64,000 nt of DNA from Cetorhinus maximus (taxonomy: Eukaryota). Shown one piece after another: positions 23,309 through 36,322 of the stretch; within the stretch, counting starts at the first letter, position 1, and each line of letters opens with the position of its first letter. The DNA lies in the NCBI RefSeq assembly GCF_964194155.1, contig NC_135917.1, forward strand, positions 10,230,001 through 10,294,000. The letters are read 5' to 3'. Both the position numbers and the translations under genes were made by a program. The notes under the pieces were generated by a model. The model was not told the DNA's origin. It made no database searches and saw only the letters and a list, made by a program, of their open reading frames with translations.

Positions 23309-26300
23309 GGAGTTTTAGAAGCCTGCAGACCGTAAAAGGGAGAAAGGAGTGAAGCCGATGAGGAAGTCCACAGATTTGAGGTCCGGGGGAAGATTGAGTT
23401 TACAAGATGGTGGAATGACTCTTATTCAGAACGGTGAATATAGTGGGAGAAGGTTGAGCAGGTTGGAGGGAATATTTACAGTTTAAGAAGATCAAGGGAG
23501 GAAAGTTCAGAGCAGAATCAATAAATTAGAGAGCAACAGGGAAGGCGGTAGCAGAGCAGGAGATTACAGATTAGAAGCCAGAGATGCATTTGCCGACCAA
23601 GCAATAAGCAATTTCTGGCACACTATCAGGTAAAAAGAAAAGAAATAATGTATTTACTTATCACCCCCTCATGCGTCAGCTCCGTGCCTCAGGGAGATTG
23701 AAGCGCTTGTTAAAGACATTAATAAAACCAATGACAATGTAAAAAACATATCCCCTCATGTGTCACATGAGATGGGACATGCTTTTATACTTCAAAATTT
23801 AATTAATAAAAGCTTTAGGAAACCTCATCCCGCTCGTGGATGAGGTTTCTTAAAAAACGTAAAGGCCGCTTGGCCTTTTCGCCTGCCGTAAACACTGACA
23901 CTAATGAATTTGTTAATGACGTTAATAGGCCTATCAGTTATTGGCGGGCACACAGCCGACTCCGGCGCGCGCCTGCTGGACGAAACATCACGAGACTGTG
24001 CGATGATGTCGGGACGCACGCCCGATGTTATCGGGTGTCATTTTACACACTGGCATGTTGAGCCCACCACCGCACGCCGACTGCAAAATCCTGGCCTAAA
24101 TCACCCGATAATCTGCTTTGGCGATTTTGGCTGAATGATAAAAATTGCCCAGGACATCAGTAGAATTGCCCAACGCTTCGAAATAGAGCCAAAGGATCTC
24201 TCGCATCCAACTCAGAGGGCAGAGAGGGCCACGGTTTAACGTCTCGTCTGAAAGATGGCACCTCCAACAGTGCCGCACTCCTTCGGTTCTATACTGGGAG
24301 CGTCAGGCTGAATTATGTGGTTCAACTCTCTGGAATTTATGAGCTCCTGACTTAGAGGCAAGAGTGTTACCTATTAGGGCTGACACTGAAATAAAGAGTG
24401 TGCTGGAAGAGCTTCCCCCCAGATATGAGAGCAGTTTCCAAGTCTTATGCAGTCTTGGGCTTCATAGTTAACAGTTGTTGAGACGAAAGGCAAATGTTTG
24501 GCATAAAGGAGGAAGCCAAGCATCTGGGATACAGATTTAGTCCTGGATGAGATGTGGGAAACTTTTTCGAAAAGAGAGAAGTTAGTGAGACCTGCAGGAG
24601 AACAGGATGAATCTGACAGCTCCCTGTAGTTGCTGTTTACCTGATTGATAGTAACTGGGGAGTGGCTTCTCACTTTCTTTCTTTGCCATTTTCAGATTCT
24701 TCCGATAGATCCTGACAAATCCAGGTTGGTCTGCATCACATCAAATGTCTCCAAAAAAAAACCAAATTGGCCTAACTTAAATTTAAAGAGATAGCGGTCG
24801 CATTGGGTCGGAGGGAGGGCAAAGCTGCATGTCCAACTGAGAGGGCAAGGGATTTATGGAAAAGCCCTGGTTATCTGGCGATTCCATCCTGCTTGGACAG
24901 GTCCTTTAAATTCTGCTGGCAGTGGTGGGTGGGGTCGAGCGGGAGCGGGGAACGTGGGCTGACTTCCCACCCACTACCTGCTATGCCAAGGCTTCACCAG
25001 GAAAATCTGCCCTTCTTGCCCTCTGGAAGCCGCAGCTGAGCTTGCACCAGCTCAGAATTGGCATGAGGCCCATGGAGGCAAGTGACGAGGACCCCAGAGC
25101 CTTGACAAGGGAAAGGCAAATATCACCTGACAGGATGGATTGGCTTCCCAAAGAGGTCCACTGGGCAGGGGCAGAGGGCAGAAGACGAGGCTTTCCTCAG
25201 GGTCTCCACTGCCAGAGGGTGGAGTGGCAGCAAGTTGGCATTCCAGATGGTGGGTCAGGACGGGCACCTCCACCACACCTTAGCAGGCTGGATGGCAGCT
25301 ATCCCAGCCATACACTAATAGCTTGGGGCAAGGCCTGGCAGGATTCTGCCCAGCCACTCTGGCATCAACAGAGCGGAGCCCCCAGGAACATCAAGGAACA
25401 TCCAAAAAAAAAGGTTTGTCAGACAAAAGGAGGGCTAAAAGATTAGGAAGCTGAATAGCATTTGGGCTACCACAACCTCACGCAAGTGATCTGTCTCAAT
25501 GCAATGTATATCCACACATTGTGTGGATTAAAATTAAAAATGGTTGCCAAACACCTCTTCATGACAATTATTCTCCTTGGAACATGGCTGTTGCTTTGCA
25601 CAGGCTTATACCCTTTTCTGCCAGCCAATCTGTTCCCACCTCTCTGGACAGAGGGAATTTATTTAAATGAAGTGAATATCATCAGCAATGAGTTGGAGGA
25701 GGGGCTGGAACTTGGGTCCCCAGACTCATGACTGAAACCACAGCAAACAGAGTCTCCCGATAAAAGCAGGATTGTTTCTCCAGCAAAATGCAGTCAGTGG
25801 AGGATAGTTACATTCTACAAATGATGTGTGTAAAGTCGAACCCAGCAGTGCAGTCTCCAGGCAGGATTGATGGGGGAAATTACCCAAACATCTCTGTCCT
25901 GGCTGGGAATAGCGGGGTCACTGATTGCAGCCTTATTTGAATATACTTTTTCTGGTAACCACCCTGGGGTGGGGGTGGTGTAGTGTTATTGTCACTGGAC
26001 TGATGACCCAGGGTAATGCTCTAGGGACCTGGGTTCAAATCCCACAATGGCAGATGGTGGGAATTGAATAAAAATTTGGAATTAAAAGTCTAAAGATGAC
26101 CCTGGGGCCACTGCTGAGTTGTTGTAAAAGCCCATCTGGTTTACTAATGTCCTTTAGGGAAGGAAATCTGTCCTTACCTGGTCTGGACTACAGACCCATA
26201 AATGTCCATCTCTAATTGTTCAGAGGGCAATTAGGGTTGGACAATATGCCCACATCCCATGAACAAAATTTTTAAAAAGTGTTTGGTGGTCAAGAGAAAA

Positions 26301-27083
26301 TGATATGTGACACTTTGTGACTCAGATGTGCCAGCTTGCCTCATCACATATCAGTGTCAGAGGATTATACTTCAGTGAAGGACTGAAGGGATGCTACACT
26401 GTCGGAGATGCTGGCCTTCAGAGGAGACATTAAACTGAAGCCCCATCTGCCTGTTCAAATGGATGTTAATGGGATATTGCCCACAAGAAGTAGCTGATGT
26501 GTTTTCCTAGTCCCTGTACACCAAATATGTGATTCTCTTTACAAGGTTGGTCCAGTGGGAACTGCATTATTGATGCAATGGGAGCTTTCACAACTGAGAA
26601 TCAAGCTTTTTGTTAGGCAAGGGCATTGAGGGATAAGGAGCAAAGGCATAACTGGAGTTGAGGCTATATTTGATAGAATGGTGGGGCAGGCCCCAAAGGG
26701 GCTGAGTGGCCTACACCTGTTCCTAATGTTTCCTATTATACCCAAAGTGCCTGCAAAGCCCAATGCCACTAGTTATCCTGTACCAAGCAACGTTAAATGT
26801 AGACATATATGAAGGGCATTCCTAAGAGCAGTGTCTGCAGGTACAGGAGGTTGGGAGGGCGGTGAGTTCATTCAAAGGTTGAGTTTTGGGGCCCTTACAT
26901 TATACTAGACAATGCTGTCAAATGCCACTGTCAATGTTCTTAAGGTTAAAGTGAACTGCACAGGAATAGTGAACAAAGGGAACGATTCTCTCATCAAAAG
27001 AAAGGACAGTTGTGAGACAACAGCAAAAGCAGCCCTGCTGTGTTTCTCATTTAAGTTTTGGAGTGCGATCAACTTTAAATTGA

Positions 27084-27100
27084 TAGCGCCCCCTGCTGAA
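27084..27100 (-). promoter_or_regulatory. Candidate CTCF site
   Basis: TTCAGCAGGGGGCGCTA closely matches the CTCF core and sits in unique sequence. Confidence 0.55.
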
Positions 27101-28519
27101 CTTGGGTTATATTTAGCCACACTGGGTGGTTTTGTTGTGTTTGATATTAGGAGGAAGTGGAGCTGACAGCATCTGGTTCCAATGATCAGCAAACTAAACA
27201 AGAACCACTCGGAGTCTCCGTTGCTAATGAACTGCTTGGTTCACCACACATTGGTTGGTCCTTTCAAACTCCCTTTTTTAATTGGTGCAGGTGAAACTGC
27301 TTTCAATGTTGGCGGGCTCGAGCTGTTGGCTTTCCTGGCTGCAGAGCGGCAGACAAGAAAGGGCTTGCTGGAGGCAGGAAAGGAGGTTTGGGAGAACTGG
27401 GAATGTTTTCGCTTTGACAAGCATCAGAGGTTCTTGAGATTTGTTTAATGAGGAACCTTCAAGGGAAGTAGTGAGCTGTCAAGTTCACTTAAGGTTTATA
27501 GGTCGACGCACTGTTCTGTGATTAAACAATGATACATACAGGGGCGGGTGGGTTTTAAGATAGCCAGCCCAAAAGGTCAAGCTACGGGGTCAACCTTGAA
27601 CCAAACCTGCCACTCTTAATTGTAATTTATGTTCCAATTTCAACCTCATTATCGACTTCCAAACATATTAAAATAAACAAGATCATAGGGTTATTTTTAA
27701 CCCTCTTTTTTTGACACTAGTTGGCTTTGATGATGTTTGAGGTATCTCAGTGGGGCATGGGGACCAATTTGTTGGAGTAGGCAGTGTCAAAAATCAGCTA
27801 ATGGTGTTTTGGGAGGGGTTTGGATTAGCAGTTTAATGGACTGGATGAATGTGAAGTGACAGCTTTATCTGCATTGTCTGTAATGCTGCTCCTTATAGAA
27901 TATCAAACACAGGAAGCTCTGGAGAAAACAAATAGCACAGCACAATTTTCAGTGACATTAATTGACCAGACCTTTCATATTCACTGCTTCTGACCCCAGG
28001 CTGTAACCTTAAATGGTTCTCTCTCACACTGTGGGGGGTGGCGTTGGTAGTGTGCCATGAACAGGGCCTTCAGAAATTTTTCTGTGAGGCAGAAATTGAG
28101 ACCACCCACCACCCCCCCCCCGGCTCCTAAAGGTTCAGCACCAAATGTCAGTCTTTTGGCTTCGCTGCTGTCAGGATGTGGACAGTGTTGGCAAGGCCAT
28201 GTTTATTGCCCATTCCAGGTTGCCCCAAAGGCACTAACAGCCAACTACAAAGTGTGGGTCTAGAGTTACATGTAGGCCCAAAGCCAGGTGGAGGTGGCAG
28301 ATTTCCTTCCCCTGCAGGACATCAGTGAAGCATTTGGTTTTTGACAGCAATCAAGCAGATTTTGTGATCATTTTACTGGTGTATATTTGTGTGGTATATT
28401 CCCTATTTATCTGATGGGAAAGTTGCATTTTATTCTCATTGAATATATATCTCCCATATTGCCAGTCAGTCTAGTCTATGCCAATAATCTTTCTGTTAGT
28501 ACACCAGGTCCTCTATATT

Positions 28520-28900
28520 TTTTGCTTCTTTTATGGAATGTGGGCATCACTGGCAAGGCCAGCATTTGTTGCCCATCCCTAATTGCCCTTGAACTAAGTG
28601 GCTTGCTAGGCCATTTCAGAGGGCAGTTAAGAGTCAATGTGGGTCTGAAGTCACATGTAGGAGGCCAGATCAGGTAAGGATGGCAGATTTGGGCATTAGT
28701 CAACCAGATGGGTTTTTAACAATAATCGATGATAGCTGTTATGGACTGAGACTAACTCGCTTTCAATTCCAGATTGATTAATTAAATTTAAATTCTACCA
28801 CTTGCCATGGTGGGATTTGAACCCATGTTGCCAGAGCATTAGCCTGGGTCTCTGGATTACTCGTCCAGGGACATTACCACCACAGCATCATCTGCCCCCA
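28520..28900 (-). mobile_element. tRNA-headed SINE sharing its 3' tail with the Crack-like LINE
   Basis: B box GGTTCAAATCCCACCATGG and tail AAGGGCAATTAGGGATGGGCAACAAATGCTGGCC. Copies at 6540-6910(-), 21570-21830(+), 25975-26265(+), 28170-28380(-) and 32120-32370(-). Confidence 0.85.
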
Positions 28901-31900
28901 CTCAGCCAGGGACCTGAACACAAAACCTCAGCTAACACTCCAGAGCAATCTCTGGACTACTGAGGGCGTGCCCTCCCCCTCAGGTAGATATATAAGATCT
29001 TGTTGCACTATTCAAAGGAAGAGCAGCAAAGATCCCCCTGGGGTCCTGACCAATATTTTATCCCTCCACCCGCACCACTGGGATAAATTACCTGGTCATT
29101 ATCTCATTACTGCTTGTGGGAGCTTGCTGTGTGCAAATTGGCTGCCACACTACAGCAGTGACTGCACTTCATTGGCTGCAAGTTGCTACGGAAATGGAAG
29201 TACTTTCTCTCTGGTTGGATAGTGCTTTCGAAGAGCCAGCACAGACATGATGGGCCAAATGGCCTCCCTCTGTGCCTTATGAGATTCATCTAGTAGAACT
29301 TTACCCCCTCACCCCCCCCCCCCCCCCCCCCCCCCCGCCCCCACCCCAGCCCCCCAGTGTGAGTCACTGGTGTCAGTAAAAGCAGGGACATTTTCAGCCT
29401 GTGAAAGCTAGAAAGGGATATTCCTTCTCTCTCGGTTTCTACCTCATTTTGGTCTCTCCTTCAATCCTTCATTTTGGGGGAGATGGGGGGAAGAGCATGC
29501 ATGTGTTCATAGACATACATGTGGCTTTGTTTCTCTGCCTCCCTGCTGAGGTGCACACATCAAAACAGGATGTCTGGTCACCCTCATTTAAAATAAAGCG
29601 TCACATTTGCAATCGATCTAAAATAGTTCTTGAGTTGAGGTAGATGCAGCAGCTAGTGATGTAAGACTCAGCAGTGGAAACAATAGAACGCTGGCTGATG
29701 CCCTGCTTCTGTATAATAGCCTAATTTTGGCTTGTTATAAATTGCTGCAAAGCTGCCCGTGCAATGACTGGTGGTTTTACTCATATTTGCTTTGGTGCTT
29801 AGCAACATGGGCCACTCTTCCTATAAGCTGAAGCATAGTCACAGCCACAATACAGGAAAGGCAGCAGCCAATTTGCACACAGCAAGCTCCCATGAACAGC
29901 CATGTGATAATGACCAGGTAATCTGTTTTTAGTGATGTTGGTTGAGGGATAAATATTGGGGAAGGACTCCCCAGCTCTCCTTTGAAATAGGGCCCCACTT
30001 TAGTACCTCCTTCCCTTCAGCAGCCCAGCGCTCCCTCAGTGTTGTATTGAGAATATCAACCTAGATCATGGGCTCAAGTCCCACAGCCTCCTGAGACCAG
30101 CATGTTAGCCACTCAGCCACGACTGACACTGCCTAGCAAGGGAACTTGGCAGTCACTTTAAATTGTAGCTACTATCACAGTCAGCATTCAACTGAAAATC
30201 CACAAGCTACTGCACACTGTATCCATGGCTCTCGTATTCAATAAATCAACAGGACGTCCTGCCATGGGAATTGGGTTGAAACTGAAACTCAAATCTGCTT
30301 CATCGGCAAGCTGCCAGGGAAAGCACAGCAGGAGTCCACAGCTTGCCGGTCTAATTGAATTTAGGCCCAAACCCTGAAACTGAGCATGCCTCAGGCCTAC
30401 CCATTCAAGCACAGGGACCAATCCCCGTGCCTAGTTTGCCCTGGCTCCAAGTTTACTTGCTCCGCCATTGGAGGACGTGCTTTCAGCTTTCTAGGCCTTA
30501 AATGTTGGAATTCTCTCCCTCAGCTTCTCTGCCTCTCTACCTCACTTCCCTCACTTAAGGCGCTCCTTAAAACCTACCTCTCTGACCAAGCTTTTGGTTG
30601 CCTGTCCTTAAATCTCCTTATGTGGCTCTCAATGTCAGATTTTGTTTGATAATGCTCCAGTGAAGAAGCACCCTGGGAAGATCTACTACATTAAAGGTGC
30701 TTTCTAAATGCACATTGTTGTTGGTGTGGCCAGCTCCTGCTATCCTGCTTCAACCCCAAAGCAACCCCTCCAACAATGCACCTGATAGACTTGAGAAGCC
30801 AAAGACAAATCAGAGCTGGTTGAAAAAAAAAATGATTCCAGAATGGCCAATCTAATCATGACCTGCTTATTTATCATTGGGAAACCAAGGTGAAAAGGCC
30901 AAAGTTCATAGTGCAGGCTGGCACCGATCGAGGGTGGCATGAGTAGGACTGACGATAAGGTACATCAGGAAGCAGTGAATGCCAACCTTGAGTTTTAGTT
31001 GCCTGCGGATTGCAGGAGGACTGAGAGAGGGAAGGGGTTCCTTAGTTTTGAAGGAAAGAATTTCTCGGAGCAGGCAATGGTGCCATGAGTCAATCAACAG
31101 AATGAGGATGCAAGAAATGGGAAGAGCGCATAGAGTGAACTATTTACAGCTTAATGAGACTAAGTGTGGGAAATTCTGAGGATATGAAAGTGGAGGCTGG
31201 GGTGGTTAAGGGAAGTTTCCCTAAACCTTCCTTCCCCATTTAGGAATCTATCTCAGTGAATAAACACAGTTGTTAGGATGGGGTAGTAAAGAACTCTCTA
31301 TAGGAGATGGTACGTTCCTACTACAGTGAGGGATTTGTGTCATTGCAAGGGAGGCGGTGTCAGATTTAAAGATAACCCCTTTGCTGTGGTTTATCAGAGT
31401 TCTTCCCCACTTTTATTAAAACCAGCTATGAAATGCTCTTGCACCAGCACAGCCAATCTCGAGAAATAGCCTACAGAAAGCAACATCAAATCTGAATATG
31501 CTGCCCTGATTATTTTTGCCAACACACTGCCATTGATCAGCATTCAACCAGCTTTCTCTCAGTTGCTTGGCATATCTTCCCTTTCTGTTGGCAGTGCGCT
31601 GGGTTCCACTCAAGGCACAAAGGCAAGGACACTTGGGAGACAGGATCAAGCTCACAGGAACGCAAGATATTAGAACTTCCTCTTCGTAAAGGGCGGTGAT
31701 CGTCTGTAATCATCTGCCACACAGGTTAAGTCGGGTCACAAACATGACTGGGAGAGTTCGGGTATGAGTGGAATGATCTGTGATGGGACAGATTTCCTTA
31801 ACCTTCCTTCAACATTACCTTGGCAATATTAGCGTATGAATGCTTAACATGGTCATTTGACGTGACATAGAATTATAGCTACAAAAACAGGCCATTTGGC

Positions 31901-32374
31901 CCGTCCCTAATTGCCCTTGAACTGAATGGCTAGCTAGGTATCCCTCTTCATCTCACCCTATCAGCATATGCTTCCATTCCTTTCTCTCTCAACTACTCAT
32001 CTCCTTTCTCTCTCAACTATTCATCTAGATTCTCCTTATTTTCAATGTGCCTCAATCACTCCCTGTGGTAGTGAGTTCCACATTCTAACCACTCTCTGAG
32101 AAAAAGGTTTACTTTCTTTCTTTATTCTATGATGGGATGTGGACATCACTGGCAAGGCCAGCAGTTGTTACCCATCCCTAATTGCCCTTGAACTTGAGTG
32201 ACTTGCTAGGCCATTTCAGAAGGCAGTTAAGAGTCAACCACATTGGTGTGGATCTGGAGTAACATGTAGGCCAGACCAGGTAAGGACGGCAGATTTCCTT
32301 CCCTAAAGGACTTTAGTGAACCAGATGGGTCTTTATGGCACTCAATTATAGTTTAATGGGGCTTCATTTTTGAG

Positions 32375-32815
32375 ACTGGCTTTCTCCTGAATTCCCTATT
32401 GGATTTATTAATGACTATTTTATATTTATGGCCCCTAGTTTTGGAATCGCCCACAAGTGGAAACATCTTCTCTATGTCTACCCTATCAAATGCCTTCATA
32501 ATTTTAAAGACCTCCATCAGATCACCCCTCAGTTTTCCCATTTCGAGATAAAAGAATCCCAGCCTGTTTGATCTTTTCTGATATTTATAGCTTCTCAGTT
32601 CTGGTATCATTCTTATAGATCTTGTTTTGCATCCTCTCCAGTGCCTCTATATCCTTTTTATAATATTGCAACCAGAACTGTGCACAGTACTCCATGTGTG
32701 GTCTAACCAAGGTTCGATACAGGTTTAACATAACTTCCCTACTTTTCAATTCTATTCCTCTAGAAATAAAACCTAGTGCTTGGCTGTTTTTTTTTTAATG
32801 GCTTTATTAACTTGC
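32375..32815 (-). mobile_element. CR1 LINE ORF2 C-terminal fragment
   Basis: Encodes LRGDLMEVFKIMKAFDRVDIEKMFPLVGDSKTRGHKYKI. Confidence 0.88.
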
Positions 32816-33019
32816 AACATTCCTTTCTCCAACATTTTAACAGAGGCGGGCAACCATTTAGAATAAATGCCTGTGTTAAGATAGAGGACAAAGACGTGTC
32901 ATATGATTGATGAAGATGGAGGAGACCTAGGGTTCCTAGTAGGCTCAATATTTATTAAGTCCAACCAATCTAGAGCAGCATTCAAGAAAGCCAAAAGAGC
33001 ACTGATTTACATTTTTTTA

Positions 33020-33604
33020 ATTCTTCCATGGGGCATGGGCATCACTGGCGAGGCCAGCATTTGTTGCCCATCCTTAATTGCCCTTCAACTGAGTGGCTAG
33101 CTAGGCCATTTCGGAGGCTGGTTAAGAGTCAACCCATTGCTGTGGGCCTGGAGTCACATGTAGGCCAGACTGTGTAATGTTACAACGGGGTGAGGAGCAG
33201 TGAACTGGCTCCCCTGTATTCATCCCCCTCGGTTGGTCACAACAAAGGTTTTTTTAAAATTTATTTTCCACATAAATGCCTTTTCAAATCCAAATGCATT
33301 TATTTTTTAATAAGGAGCCAATCGAACCAGGTTTTCTTGAGTCAAAGAAAGAATAAGTTTTTTAGTTACTAAACCCAAGAAAAAATAATAAAAGATGCAA
33401 CGACACGCACACACAGATATCAGAAGTAAGAAAAGTTAGAGTCTAAATAAAGGTTAAAAGAAAATATGATTAAGCCCTTTGCTTGTCCTTGAGGTGTAGA
33501 TTGTTGAATGTTGCTGCCATTTGAGGTTAGCTGATTTCCTTTAAAATCCTGGAGTTGAATTGAAGTCCAGGTAACTGCACTTTGCTGGAGACAATCTTAG
33601 CTTC

Positions 33605-33640
<36 letters not shown>

Positions 33641-34726
33641 GTTCCTTACTGCTTCCTTCAGCAGTTTTTTTAAGAGGGCTTAGATGGTGTCTGTCTCCTT
33701 CTGGCTTGGCAAATCCAGTTCTTAAACCTCCTGTCTGTATATTCCAAGAAAGGAATTTGATTAACATATCTTGCAGTCATTGTTGTAGAATAAGTAGAGA
33801 CATTTTTGATCTTTCATTTCAGAAATTTTTGACACATTTCAAGATAGTAGAAACCAACAGGAGATGGGGTTATTTTGTCCTTCAAAGAGGGGTTTGAGTG
33901 TCTGTTGGGTGTTTTCTGGCTGGCTAGCAGTTCCCAATGTCTTTACAGTTGATTAAAATTTAGCTCTTTGCATTTTTGATGCCTCCCTTTCAATAGCCCA
34001 TTTTTGAAGTGGACATTGGCACCCCCCCCCCCCCCCCCACCCCCAACAAGGTGTGAAATTCCATGCAACAGGTCAGGGTAGGTCTGTAGCGCAATCCATA
34101 TAGGAACTTTCCAGAAAATTGGTCAACTTCAATAGCAGACATCAGGTGACTGGTGGTAGCCATCTTTGGTCAGTGTCTTTCCTTGTTTATTTTTGGGAAA
34201 AAAGGCCCTCTTTGAACAGTTCAATATGTTTTTTGGTTAGCTGGTGAAGGTATAGGTAGATCTCACTCAGTCACAATTTCCTGTCATTGTGACAGTAAGG
34301 ATGGCAGATTTCCTTCCCTGAAGGACAGTAGTGAACCAGATGGGAGTTCCAGGAGAGATGGATCAAAATGCTGGAACTCCCTCCCTAACAGCACTGTGGG
34401 TATATCCACACCAGAGAGTCTGCAGTGGTTCAAGAAGGCAGCTCACCACCGCCTCCTCAAGGGGCAATTAGAGATGGGTAATAAATGCTGGCCTAACCAG
34501 TGATGCCCACATCCCATGAATGAATTTTTTAAAAATGGGCTTTTACAATAACCAATGATAGTTTCATGGTCACCATCACTGAGACTAGCTTTCAATTCCA
34601 GATTTTATTAATTGAATTTCAATTCCAACAGCTACCATGGTAAGATTTCCCATGTGCCCCCAGGGAAATAACTTGGGTCTCCAGATAGCTGGACTAGTGG
34701 TGTTCCCATTACACCACCACCTCCCC
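33020..34726 (-). mobile_element. tRNA-headed SINE split by the solo LTR and by a LINE 3' fragment (34345-34534)
   Basis: Pieces 33020-33177, 34295-34344 and 34535-34726 reassemble into the SINE seen intact at 6540-6910 and 28520-28900. ATGGG is duplicated around the second insert. Confidence 0.85.
33178..34294. mobile_element. Solo LTR (1117 bp), Gypsy- or ERV-like
   Basis: Termini are TGTTACAA and TTGTGACA. 4-bp TSD GTAA at 33174-33177 and 34295-34298. It cleanly interrupts a SINE. Internal (GA)n at about 33606-33640. Confidence 0.88.
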
Positions 34727-36322
34727 TTATGTGGCCAAGCCAGTCAGAGGAACTCACGCTCAAACTGCAAAGTGCTCTGAACAGCTCACACTTCACATAC
34801 TGGGTGGGGCGGGAAAATTTGGAGCGTGGCCAAAAGTCAATTGACTTTTGGCTGCTCTCCAGATTTTCCCATCCTGCCCTCAACAATGCCCGCTGCTGGC
34901 AGGGCCGAAAAATCCCGGCCACCATGCGCAGTTCTGGTCAGCAAGACGTGAGGGCAATATTCAAGGATCGGTAGCAGCTGGTAAAGCTGATCTCCAGGGT
35001 TAGAGAGCCAATTCTTGAGGAGACGGTGCTGGTGATTTTAAACCCACTTTATTCAACAGAAATCGGGTGGCTGGGCACTTAAAATCACCCGGGTAAATTG
35101 CCTTGCCCTTCAGCCTCCACCACCCACCCACTCCGCCTTCCCCAGGAGCTGATCACTCCGATTGCAACCAGCTCACCTGAGCAGGCAGCGGGGACAGCTG
35201 CCAGATCCGGCGGGGTCCTTTTTGTGGACCTCTGCATGTCAGGCCCTGGTATCATCGTCAGGAGAGCAATTTTAACTGGGTGTCCTGAACAGGAAGCGAC
35301 ACTTCATTTCCCACCAGGTGAAGACTGGAAGAGGTTTCGAGGCCAGAAGAGGGCCAAAAAAGGCGCATTTGTTTAAAGATCTTTTTTTACTTTCTTTGTG
35401 AAACCACAAGAACTAGGAGAGCTCCTCAGGGCCCAACAGGGATAATTTAGGCCACCCCAGCATCTTAAAACCTATCTCTTGGACCAAGCTTTTGGTCACC
35501 TGTCCTAATATCTTCTTGTATGGATCAGTGACAAATTTTAGTCGATCGCACTCGCGTGCTTTGGGACATTTTTACTACGTTAAAGATGCTATATAAATAT
35601 TAAGGACAGGTGACCAAAGGCTTGAAGGAAGTCTTGTGCAGTGGGTGGTGTCCCTGCCTCTGAGCCAGAAGCTTTGGGTTCAAGTACCACTCCATGACTT
35701 GATGGCCATGGAAGATGTGTTCATAATGAGGCCAAACAGGTTGATTATCAGCCTGTAAATCCTTCCATTACGGCAGGAGGTAAGACGGGGAGAGTTTCCT
35801 GGTCAGCCATCCTGCAGAAGGCAATGGCAAACCACTGCAGTACTTTGCCAAGCATAATCATGGACTGATCCAATGGAAGTCCATGGCCACTTGGACTTGG
35901 TACTGGAAAAGAGAGAGACAAGAGCTTTGTCAAAAAGGTGGGTTTTAAGGAGTGCCTTAAAGGAAGAGAGAGATTTAAGGAAGGAATTCCAGAGCTTAAG
36001 ACCAAGGCAGCTGAAGGCATGACTGCCAATGGTGGAGTGATTAAAATTAGAAACGCACAAGGGATCAGAATTAGAGAGATCTCAGAAGGTTGGAGGAGAG
36101 AAGGGTGAGGGCTTTGAAAACAAAGATGGGGATTTTAAAATCGAGGCATTCCTGGATCAGGAACCAATATAACTCAGTGAGCAGGGGGTGATGGGTGAAC
36201 AGGGTTTGGTGTGAGTTAGGACATGGGCAGAAAAGTTTTGGATGACCTCAAGTTTTGTGGAGGCTGGAAGATGGGAGCTCAGCCAAGAGAGTGTTAGAAA
36301 AGTTGAGACTGGAGGTAGCAAA

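Noticed and set aside
29305-29355. Poly-C/poly-G tracts (also about 11690-11710, 34022-34045, 52312-52329) as G-quadruplex elements
   Set aside because: Simple homopolymers that are common in such genomes and error-prone in assembly. No evidence of function.
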